Below, piece by piece: positions 44,071-52,578 of a stretch of 64,000 bases of DNA. Position 1 is the first letter of the stretch, and the number at the start of each line of letters is the position of its first letter. Made by a program: the position numbers and the translations under genes. Origin of the DNA: an uncultured Acidobacteriota bacterium (GTDB taxonomy: Bacteria; Acidobacteriota; Thermoanaerobaculia; Multivoradales; JAHEKO01); NCBI GenBank assembly GCA_963713825.1, contig CAVQNG010000003.1, forward strand, positions 960,001 to 1,024,000, written 5' to 3'. Below the pieces are notes generated by a model. It was not told the DNA's origin. It searched no databases and saw only the letters and a program-made list of their open reading frames with translations.

Positions 44071-45563
44071 GGCTCGCTCCCTGCACTGTCGATCGAAGAG
44101 GAGATGACCTCGGCTTCCTCTTTCGGAGTGTTGTCGGGATTGGGGGGACCCCATCCGCCGCCGAGGGCTCGGTTGAGGGCGATCAGGTTCTGTACCACCT
44201 GGCCCTCGGACTCGGCCCAGGAATCCTGCTGGCTGGCCAGTGTCCTTTGAGCGTCGAGTAGGTTGAGGAAATCCGTCAATCCCGACATGTACTGGGTGCG
44301 GACCAACTCGACCGTTCGATTGCTGGCGTCCACGGCCTCGTAGAGACGGTCCCGGCGCTCCTTCTCGCGCTCATAGGCCACCATCGTGCTCTCGACCTCG
44401 TCCAGGGCGAACAGCACGGTCTGCTCATACGCGAAGAGGAGCTGTTGGGTCACGGCTTCCTGGACCCGGATGTTGTTGCGAATCTTGCCGCCGGAGAAGA
44501 TGTTCCAGCGCAGGCCCGGCACCAGCGACCAGGTGGTGCTGCCGCTGTCGAACAGGTCACTACTGTCGACGGACTCCAGGGCCAGGATTCCGGCCAGTGA
44601 GAAGGTCGGATAGAGGTCGGCCTTTGCCACCCCGATGAGAGCTGTTTGAGACGCGAGCTGCCGCTCGGCGGCTCGAATGTCCGGCCGGCGTCGCAGGAGA
44701 TCCGCCGGAATGCCCAGCGTCACGCCCTCGTCCGGATCGGGAATGGTGGACTCTCCGGTCAGCAGATCGTCGACGGCCCCGGGTGGCTTGCCCAGCAAGA
44801 CCGCCAGGCGGTTGGTTGCCGCAGCGAGCCTGGATTCGAGGGCTGGAATTGCAGCCTGCGAGTTGGCCAGGTTGTATTCGGCCTGGGTGACATCGGTCAG
44901 CGGGCTCAAACCGGCATCGAATCGATCTCGGGTGAGCTGCAGACTGCCTGCCTGAGCCTCGACGTTGGCTCTACCGTACTTGATGCGGTCCTGCAAAGTT
45001 CGGACTTCGATGTAGTTGGCGGCCACGTCGGCCATCAGGACCACCATGACGTCGCGGTAATCCTCGATGGAGGCCTCGAGTCCGGCCCTGGCCGACTCGG
45101 CTCCCCGGCGCAAGCGACCGAAGACATCGATCTCCCAGTTGAAGCCGACGCCGATGTTGTAGAGATCGAAGGGCTCGAACCCCCCTGGAGGCACAACGAA
45201 GGAGCTGTTCTCGCTGAGATCCTGACGCGAATAGGCAGCATCCAGGACTACATCGGGGTAGTAGCGGCCGGTGGCGATCCCCAATCGGGCTCGCGCTTCC
45301 TCAACCCGCGCCGCCGCGACCTGCAACGACAGGTTCTCTAGCCGCGCCTCGTGGATGAGCTCGAGGAGCTTCGGGTCGTTGAGAGTCGTCCACCATGTCT
45401 CCAAGGGTGAGCCGACTTCTTCGATCTCCTCTGCCGCCGCAGACTTCCAGGCATCCGGAACCTCCTGCTCCAGCGGCGGCGGCTCGTAGTTGGGACCCAC
45501 GGTGCAACCGACAAGGGCCACAAGTGACACGATGAAGATGAATACAGAGAGGTTCTTATTCAC
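44067..45563 (-). CDS. Outer membrane efflux lipoprotein (NodT/OprM family)
   Basis: GCTVGPNYEPP, WEIDVFG, LLRRRPDIRAAE, ALGGGW. Confidence 0.94.
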   Translation of the reverse strand: MNKNLSVFIFIVSLVALVGCTVGPNYEPPPLEQEVPDAWKSAAAEEIEEVGSPLETWWTTLNDPKLLELIHEARLENLSLQVAAARVEEARARLGIATGRYYPDVVLDAAYSRQDLSENSSFVVPPGGFEPFDLYNIGVGFNWEIDVFGRLRRGAESARAGLEASIEDYRDVMVVLMADVAANYIEVRTLQDRIKYGRANVEAQAGSLQLTRDRFDAGLSPLTDVTQAEYNLANSQAAIPALESRLAAATNRLAVLLGKPPGAVDDLLTGESTIPDPDEGVTLGIPADLLRRRPDIRAAERQLASQTALIGVAKADLYPTFSLAGILALESVDSSDLFDSGSTTWSLVPGLRWNIFSGGKIRNNIRVQEAVTQQLLFAYEQTVLFALDEVESTMVAYEREKERRDRLYEAVDASNRTVELVRTQYMSGLTDFLNLLDAQRTLASQQDSWAESEGQVVQNLIALNRALGGGWGPPNPDNTPKEEAEVISSSIDSAGSEP

Positions 45564-45742
45564 GGCTAGCTACCCTACCACCTTGGTGGCGTCAGGATTC
45601 TCCACCACTCGTCTTTCGGGAGTGCTCCATTTCCAGAGACACCAACCTGGCGAGGACCACCGCCAGATAGAGCTGGGCGAGCAGGGCATTTCTGTCGTCT
45701 CAATCGATCGGTGGGTCGAAGCAGCTCTTCTCCTGACTATCC

Positions 45743-46564
45743 CTACTCGCCTTCAGTGCCAAAGCCGACCTGGAGCGAGCCGCTTTCGTCTCGCAGCTCC
45801 AGTCTCTCGGGCGTCAGGCTGAAGGTGCCCGCCCGCCCGAGGGCTTCGAAGAACTGCTGCTCCTGGTCCATGACTCCCTCGGGCTCCTCGCAGAACATAC
45901 GGGTAGCCGCGGCGGGCCCGATGGTGATCTGGTCACCGTCGATCTCGTAGGTGGCCGTGAACTGATTGCAGCCACCTGTGCCGCTGAGCTGGCCTTCTGC
46001 GAACACCGCGGTCGACAAGGAAGTGGTCGCGGTCGAGACCACACCACCTTTGCCATTGTTGATGCCGGTGGCCTGCCACTCCGTGTTCTCGAGACTCGCA
46101 GGCTCGGTCGCCACGAACCTGAGAAGAGTCGCCGAGTCGGCATCTTGAAGTAGGAGGTGGTCGGCTTTCCGGTCTGCAGTCGCTACTTGACCGAGAAGTG
46201 CCAGGTAACGCTGCTCCTGAGCCATGATCTCCGGCGGGCAGGCCATCTGGGTCGAGCCCATCTCTGAGCCCAGAATCAGTTGATTCGCTTCTCCGAGACT
46301 GTACGTGCCGAAGTACCGGTTGCAGCCCGCGGTGCCTCCCAACTCGCCCCCAGTGAACGTCAAATCGACAGTTGTCTGGTCGAGTATCGGCGTCATCTCG
46401 CCGGACTCGATCTGGAGCTCGACGAGGCGCCAGAGAATACCCTCGAACTCGGGCTGATTCATGGTCTCGGTTTCCTGCGAAGCAGTAGGGGCGGTCTCGC
46501 TACCGCAGGCGGCACCCATCACGCAGACTGCGGCCAACATCACCATCAAGGATAGGTGTTTCAT
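45743..46564 (-). CDS. META domain lipoprotein (two META/HslJ domains)
   Basis: GCNRY..TQMAC and GCNQF..TRMFC. Confidence 0.9.
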   Translation of the reverse strand: MKHLSLMVMLAAVCVMGAACGSETAPTASQETETMNQPEFEGILWRLVELQIESGEMTPILDQTTVDLTFTGGELGGTAGCNRYFGTYSLGEANQLILGSEMGSTQMACPPEIMAQEQRYLALLGQVATADRKADHLLLQDADSATLLRFVATEPASLENTEWQATGINNGKGGVVSTATTSLSTAVFAEGQLSGTGGCNQFTATYEIDGDQITIGPAAATRMFCEEPEGVMDQEQQFFEALGRAGTFSLTPERLELRDESGSLQVGFGTEGE

Positions 46565-46753
46565 GAACGTTCTCTCCTCCACAACGAAATCGTCGAACTG
46601 GATCCAAGACTCGCCGTAGGTCTCGGCAAGGCGCGTCCACCGGCTAGTCTACTGCGAGCTTCTCCCTGATCGATGCCAGCGGATGAGGCAGCTACCTACG
46701 CTCACCGACGGGGAGGGATGTCTTGGCAGGCTCGAGAGGATAGAGTTTGGAGA

Positions 46754-47462
46754 ATGACTGACAAGAACGACAGCCACGATTTCGTCATGCCGGAGGCCGA
46801 GCTGCTGCGAGGCTCTGACGACCTGCTGGCCGACTTCGACCGCGGCGTGACGGTCTTCAACGAATTCGTCACCGGATGCCGGAATCTCTTCGACATCGGC
46901 ACCGCTGTGACCGTTTTCGGTTCAGCGCGCTTCGACGAGAGCCACCGCTATTACAAACTGGCGCGGAAGCTGGGCCGGGAGTTGGCTGGCGCAGGCTACA
47001 CAGTGCTTACCGGAGGTGGTCCCGGCATCATGGCGGCGGCCAATCGGGGCGCCCAGGAGGGTGGGGGCTTGAGTGTCGGCTGCAATATCACCCTGCCGCA
47101 TGAGCAGGCCCCCAATGCCTACCTGGACCGCTGCATCGAGTTCGACCATTTCTTCGTGCGCAAGGTGATGCTGGTCAAGTACTCGTCGGCCTTCGTCTTC
47201 ATGCCGGGAGGATTCGGTACCCTGGACGAGATGTTCGAGACGATCACGTTGATCCAGACCGGCAAGATGGAGACGGTTCCCGCTGGTGGCCATGGGCCAG
47301 GACTATTGGGACGAGCTTCTGGACTTCATTCAGAAGAGAATGCTGCGAGAAAAGACCATCAACGAGGGCGAGGTGGCGGTTTTCGCGACCGATTCTCCCG
47401 CCGAGGCGGTGTCCCATATCGACAGTGTCGTAAAGAACTCAGTAGGCGTCGAAGGGGACTGA
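46754..47462 (+). CDS. LOG family (TIGR00730) nucleotide phosphoribohydrolase (frameshift near 47277)
   Basis: VFGSAR, TGGGPGIM, PGGFGTLDE; the shifted frame continues FPLVAMGQDYW…EGD*. Confidence 0.88.
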
Positions 47463-47496
47463 GACAGCGCCTCGAGCGAAGGGCAAAGGAGTAGCG

Positions 47497-48306
47497 ATGA
47501 GCAAGAAGAAGGACGACAAGAAGGGAGCCAAGCTCGACCGCAAGACGTTCGACAAAGAGCTCAAGAAGCTCCAAACGGAGCTGGTGAAGCTCCAGGAGTG
47601 GGTCAAGCACGAAGGACTCAAGGTCGTCGTGGTCTTCGAGGGCCGTGATGCCGCCGGCAAAGGCGGGGTGATCAAGCGGATCATGGAGCGGGTGAGTTCA
47701 AGGGTCTTTCGAGTCGTCGCCCTGCCAGCGCCCAGCGATAGGGAGAAGACTCAGTTCTACTACCAGCGCTATCTAACGCATCTGCCAGCGGCGGGCGAGG
47801 TCGTGCTCTTCGACCGCAGTTGGTACAACCGCGCCGGTGTCGAGCGGGTCATGGGTTTCTGCACGGACAAGCAGTATGAACAGTTCATGCAGACCTGCCC
47901 CGGTTGGGAACGTGCTCTGGTGGAATCGGGGATCATCCTCATCAAGTACTGGTTGACGGTCGACAACGAGGAGCAGGCGAAGCGATTCCAGGAGAGGATC
48001 GAGGATCCCCGGAAGCACTGGAAGCTCAGCCCGATGGACGTCGAGGCGAGGAGCAAGTGGTACGACTACGCCCGCGCCAGGGACGCGATGTTCGATGCCA
48101 CGGACACCGCATGGGCGCCCTGGTATGTCGTTGACTCCAACGACCAGCGGAGGGGTAGGCTCAACTGCATTTCACATTTGCTGGGCCTGATTCCATACAA
48201 GGATCTGCCGCACGAAGAAGTTGAGCTGCCACCGCGCGGCAAGAAAGATGCCTACGACGACGAGGCGGCTCTCGAGACGAGGACGTGGGTGCCGGAGGAG
48301 TACTAG
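47497..48306 (+). CDS. ppk2: Polyphosphate kinase 2
   Basis: EGRDAAGKGG, FDRSWYNRAGVERVMGFC, WKLSPMD. Confidence 0.96.
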   Translation: MSKKKDDKKGAKLDRKTFDKELKKLQTELVKLQEWVKHEGLKVVVVFEGRDAAGKGGVIKRIMERVSSRVFRVVALPAPSDREKTQFYYQRYLTHLPAAGEVVLFDRSWYNRAGVERVMGFCTDKQYEQFMQTCPGWERALVESGIILIKYWLTVDNEEQAKRFQERIEDPRKHWKLSPMDVEARSKWYDYARARDAMFDATDTAWAPWYVVDSNDQRRGRLNCISHLLGLIPYKDLPHEEVELPPRGKKDAYDDEAALETRTWVPEEY

Positions 48307-48325
48307 GCGCCCAAGGCGCCTAGTA
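48301..48325. terminator. Perfect hairpin over the ppk2 stop codon
   Basis: TACTAGGCGCC-CAA-GGCGCCTAGTA; no U tract. Confidence 0.45.
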
Positions 48326-48326
48326 G

Positions 48327-48487
48327 GCTTGGGGCTTGGGTCCTGGGCAGTGGGAAGTGGGAAGTGAGTAGGGGCGTATAGGCGCAGGGGATATAGGGGA
48401 GGGGCTTGTCCCCTCCCGCTGTTCGGTGCCAGGGTCATTGGCCAGGAAGGGTTGAAGCGGCCGGCGCCCCTGCCGGCCGATCTCTGG
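48327..48487. repeat. Heptamer/octamer tandem repeats plus one family-A REP-like unit
   Basis: gcttggg gcttggg tcctggg cagtggg aagtggg aagtgag; gggttgaagcggccggcgcccctgccggccg at 48448. Confidence 0.75.
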
Positions 48488-48499
48488 TGCATTGAAGTA

Positions 48500-49250
48500 A
48501 TGGGAAGCTACGAGAAATACGTTCCAGCCACCGAGTCCCGATCGGGAGTCTCGCTCATTTGGGTAGTGGCCGCTATCGCCATAGCAGGGGTAGCGGGCTC
48601 GGTGCTGATCTCGCAGAGAGCCAGAGAGGCCGAGCGGGCCGCGGTAGACAGCTTGGCGCGAGCAGAGCTTGCGTCCACAGAACTCGAGACCTGAAGCGGC
48701 CACTGTAACCAGTTCGCCGGTCAGTGTGGCTGGATCGCCCTACGCCAAGGATGCGCGCATCGTCGAGCTCGAGATGCAGCTCAGGGACAAGGAATTCGAG
48801 TTGTCGAGAAGAGGTCCGAGATCGAGTCCTTCGAGGTCGCGCGTAGGACAACTGCAGGAGGACTCGGAACGCTACAGAGCAGGGTTGGATCAGGCGGTGG
48901 CCGAGCTGAATGAGCTTCGCGCCGAGATCGGACGACTCGAAGGCCCGGCAAGAGCTACCCCTCAGGGACAAGCCGGTCCTCGACCGTCAGCTGGCGTGCA
49001 GCCGGTAGGGCCGCCCTACGTCACCATCAGTCCAATGGGCTTTGTAACGGTGAGCGGCTTCGTCAGTAACCCGACTCGCTATGCCTCCCGGGGCAAGCTG
49101 CAGGTCAGTCTGGTCGGTTCCGCCGGAGTCATTGAGACCCGTGATTTCCCCATGTACATCCCGCCGAACAAGCAGGAGCGCTACGACCTCACCTTTCCAG
49201 GGATCTTCCCGACGGAGCGCATTGCCGCTCAGGCAAGCTGGGTGCCGTAG
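48500..49250 (+). CDS. Hypothetical membrane-anchored coiled-coil protein with C-terminal Ig-like domain (frameshift near 48690)
   Basis: N-terminal TM in 48452..48694; coiled coil and beta domain in 48669..49250. Confidence 0.6.
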
Positions 49251-49678
49251 TCGGCTTTTCCAGGCGTTCAGGTGTCCCTGATAGAGGACGAGTCTGGGGC
49301 TCGGTGACTGGGTACGAGGGTCTCAGCTTATCCGAGGCTGAGGCCCAGGTTGAAAGCCGAAGCGAGCAGGGTCAGCCACAGCAGGAACAGGGAGAACAAT
49401 GCCCAGTGACCGATGACGATCGGCTGTGACCTTCCGCCCTGGCCACTTGCGTCTTCTGAATCACGTGCTCATGGATCATGTCGGTTCTCCTTTCTCGCTG
49501 GTCGCGTTTACCTTCTCGTCATCTTCCTGATTGCATCTCTCGTGCCGGCTTTCGTCGTGGCCGATCACGAAGTGTCGCCTCCAGTAAGTAGGTGTCGGAA
49601 CCTGCGAGAAAGTTACAGTTCTCCGCGAGAAAAGGCAGTGGCGATAGGCGCCAATTCCTTGGCGCATGGCGCCAAGGA

Positions 49679-49775
49679 GGGTTGAGGCGCCCGGTCGTGC
49701 CTCCCGGTCGATCGTTGTAGCTTGGGGGTTGAGGAGTCCGTCGCTTGCTCCAGCCGATCCTCGAGGCAGTGGGGC
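49679..49775 (-). repeat. REP-like hairpin doublet (family A, degenerate)
   Basis: gggttgaggcgcccgg… and gggttgaggagtccgtcgc…cagccgatcctcgaggcagtgggg, similar to 39385..39480. Confidence 0.7.
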
Positions 49776-50011
49776 TGGGGTCACACGGAAAAGACTCTCC
49801 AGCACGTGACCGTCCCTACAATTGGTTGAATACGGCCAATGGGTTGAATTTGGTAATTTGAATGTAGGTGAGGAGAGCCCACTGACCCAAGGATCGGCCG
49901 TTGGCCACTTTGGCCCTCGAGTTGTACATTTTGGGCGCTAAGAGGAGCCTTTTGGACGGTGGGCTGGCACAGCTATCGCCAGGTTCGCACAAGAGAAGGC
50001 GAGGGAGGGGG

Positions 50012-50108
50012 ACCCACTGCCTCAAAGGCCGGTCGGCGAAGTCGCCGAGCGCTTCAACCCCCAAGCCCTCAAAGGTCGGCCGAAGGGACGCCGGCCGCTC
50101 CAACCCCC
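50012..50108 (+). repeat. REP-like hairpin doublet (family A)
   Basis: cctcaaaggccggtcgg…cttcaaccccaagccctcaaaggtcggccg…ccggccgctccaacccc. Confidence 0.85.
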
Positions 50109-50115
50109 GCGGTCC

Positions 50116-51216
50116 TCAGCGTAGCTGCAGGACCGCCAGGATTCCGAAGTGATCCGACGGGTACATTCCGTCCTTGTCCAGGTTCAGCACCATTTCCGCT
50201 GAAACAACCTCGAAGTCGGGCGAGACGAAGATGTGGTCGATCTGCCTGGGAGTCGTGCTGCGGTGGGCGAGCAGCTCTTGAACCTCGGGCTTGTCGAAGG
50301 TGGGTAGAGGATCGTGCCTACGCGTGCCGATCCCATAGTTGACCTCGTTGGTGACCGGGTCCCAGGTATGAAAGTCGGGACCGGTTCCGGCTTCGACGAA
50401 CCCTGCTGCCTTGATGGCGGCGATTCCCGGAGTGGTCGGTTCGGCATTGAAGTCGCCACCCAGAATCACCGGAACGTCGGAGCCGAGGCGGGATCGGCGC
50501 TTCTCGATCTCTTGAACAAGGAGCTTTGCCTCGCCCGTGGCCCGCTGGACCTTCTGCTCACGAGCAGCGAGGATCTCGTCCCGCTGTGCTGGTTCCAGGA
50601 TCCCCTGCTCGACGAGCTGATCGAGATCCTCGTCGAAGCTCGGGAGTACGAAGGGGGCGGAAAAGAGGTGAGCTGTAGTCACGAGGACTTTCTTGCCGTT
50701 CACCGTAATCTCGCCAAACAGGGCATAGCGAGATTCCTTGGTCTGAAAGCCCCAGGTGGCACTGCACGTAGCGTTGCCACTCAGACGCTTCTTGCCAACG
50801 CGGCGTAACCCCAGCTCGGGTTTGGCGAGGATCGCGATGCCCTCGTTCATGTTCTTCGGAATCTTGTAGATGCCACCGAGATGGAGACCACAACTCGTGA
50901 CCTTGTGGATCTCGTCGTACCCGAGCTGCTCCGCGTACCAGCGGGCCAGTGGTTGATTCGGATTGACTTCTTGAAAAAAGAGCAGGTCGGGGTCGAGCCG
51001 CTTCAGCTCCTCGATCTGCCAGGCCAGCCGACGCTCCTTGCGCTCCGGATCCTCTCCGGGAAAGCGCTTGTTGCTCTCGCCACTCCGCAGCCCGTGCCAG
51101 ACATTGAAGGTGATCGCCTCGAGGGTCGGCCCCGAGGCATCCTGTGCTCTCGTGGCCACAGGAGCCAGCACCACTACAGCAAGGAGTAGGCAGATCAGAG
51201 TTGTAGCTCTCGACAT
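50116..51216 (-). CDS. Exported endonuclease/exonuclease/phosphatase family protein
   Basis: Signal peptide, TFNV, FQEV, GDFN, IDHIF, PSDH. Confidence 0.9.
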   Translation of the reverse strand: MSRATTLICLLLAVVVLAPVATRAQDASGPTLEAITFNVWHGLRSGESNKRFPGEDPERKERRLAWQIEELKRLDPDLLFFQEVNPNQPLARWYAEQLGYDEIHKVTSCGLHLGGIYKIPKNMNEGIAILAKPELGLRRVGKKRLSGNATCSATWGFQTKESRYALFGEITVNGKKVLVTTAHLFSAPFVLPSFDEDLDQLVEQGILEPAQRDEILAAREQKVQRATGEAKLLVQEIEKRRSRLGSDVPVILGGDFNAEPTTPGIAAIKAAGFVEAGTGPDFHTWDPVTNEVNYGIGTRRHDPLPTFDKPEVQELLAHRSTTPRQIDHIFVSPDFEVVSAEMVLNLDKDGMYPSDHFGILAVLQLR

Positions 51217-51332
51217 GGTCTCACCTCGATCTCGGTTCGATGTCTGGGGGCTCTGCTGCCCCATTGTAGTCTCGAATGTCCTCTGGAACCCCAGGCCCAT
51301 GAAAGACTGGCCCTATTCCGGTCGGGCGGCAC

Positions 51333-52115
51333 CTAGTCAACGACGCGCGGCAGGACGCCGCCGGGTCTACCGAAATGCGGTACGGCGTCCGAGGCCTTTC
51401 GAGGATCGACAAACCTCTGCTGAGAAGGGCTGTAGTAGAGGCAGCCGATCTCGTCGGACGGTCTGGAATCCACGAATGGCTCCACCGAATCGAGGGCCTC
51501 CAGCCACAGTCGTTTCATCTCGTGGAGGTCGATCGGCTCTGCGAGATCGAGTCGTGCGAGGTCCTCGTCTCGAACCCGCCCGCGCCTTCGCAGCAACTCC
51601 AGAAGGGAGAGCGGAGTGAACCCAGGGTCCTTGCCACAGGCAGCCCAGCAGAGTGCGCCGAGAACGAGGACATGCTCGTGTAGGTACAGCGCGTCCACGA
51701 CATCGCGCGGCTCATCGCGGCCACCGAGCGCCAGCACCTTATTGACAGCGAGATCGACTGGATGGAGTACGAAGCCAACCCGATCGTCCCGAACCGTGGG
51801 CATGAACCGCCATGCCGAGTCACGTGCCCACTCGATCTTGGCGGCGTGTTCTTCTTTGCGAACGACGGCGCGTACGAAGCCGGGTTGATTCAAGTCCACC
51901 TCGAGGGAGTGCCCATCGTCTTCGAGCAAGACTCGGTCAGCGGCATAGGCCTCCGCGACTCGTACCTCGGAGTCGTGAAAGTAGTCGAGGTCGCGGCTGA
52001 AGCGAGTCGTGCTCGGCTCGATCAGAATGGCGGCGCCACCCGCCAGGTACGAATCAAAGGACCGGTTCTCAGAGAGCAACCGGGTGAGTTTTGCTTGGTA
52101 GTCAGTTAGTGGCAC
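51333..52115 (-). CDS. AbiEii/AbiGii-like nucleotidyltransferase (putative toxin)
   Basis: YLAGGAA..RFSRDLDYF Pol-beta motif; NKVLAL..RDEPRDVVD. Confidence 0.8.
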   Translation of the reverse strand: MPLTDYQAKLTRLLSENRSFDSYLAGGAAILIEPSTTRFSRDLDYFHDSEVRVAEAYAADRVLLEDDGHSLEVDLNQPGFVRAVVRKEEHAAKIEWARDSAWRFMPTVRDDRVGFVLHPVDLAVNKVLALGGRDEPRDVVDALYLHEHVLVLGALCWAACGKDPGFTPLSLLELLRRRGRVRDEDLARLDLAEPIDLHEMKRLWLEALDSVEPFVDSRPSDEIGCLYYSPSQQRFVDPRKASDAVPHFGRPGGVLPRVVD

Positions 52116-52372
52116 AGCTTCTCCGCAGCTTCCCAGGCGTCACGCCCACCGTGCCTGCGAAGCTGGTCTGCCACCCAGGCGACGTCCGATGCGCCAATTC
52201 GATAGTCGGGATCGAAGGACCAGAAGCACTCGGGATGAAATCGCCGGTACATCCGACGCGCCTCTCGCACTCGGACCATGGCACGCGCCGTTTCGGGGTC
52301 CAGAGCCCGGCGACTCTTCCGGCCGCCACGTCGCCCGATCTCGGCGAGATACTCTTTCACCTTGCTCTCCAT
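52106..52372 (-). CDS. Small protein, putative antitoxin (KGG-like N-terminus)
   Basis: YLAEIGRRGG..CFWS; overlaps the nucleotidyltransferase start. Confidence 0.75.
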   Translation of the reverse strand: MESKVKEYLAEIGRRGGRKSRRALDPETARAMVRVREARRMYRRFHPECFWSFDPDYRIGASDVAWVADQLRRHGGRDAWEAAEKLCH

Positions 52373-52377
52373 GTCAA

Positions 52378-52398
52378 TATCATAACCCGCTTATGATA
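52378..52398 (-). promoter_or_regulatory. Perfect palindromic operator over the -10 of a probable leaderless promoter
   Basis: TATCATAA-CCCGC-TTATGATA; minus-strand TATGAT lies 6 nt before ATG 52372. Confidence 0.7.
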
Positions 52399-52578
52399 GG
52401 AATTCAAAGCCTAGAGTCTTCAGCGATGGGTTTTCGAACGGGGTCGCAGAAGCAGGTATCGTCCCGATGCCGTTGCGGAAATATCGCACCTCGGGCGCGG
52501 CCCAGCAGTTGCATGACGACCTGGGTGAGGCTTTGCGCGGGTCTGGAGTCGGGTGTGTCGCGTGCTTATGCTTATCGA

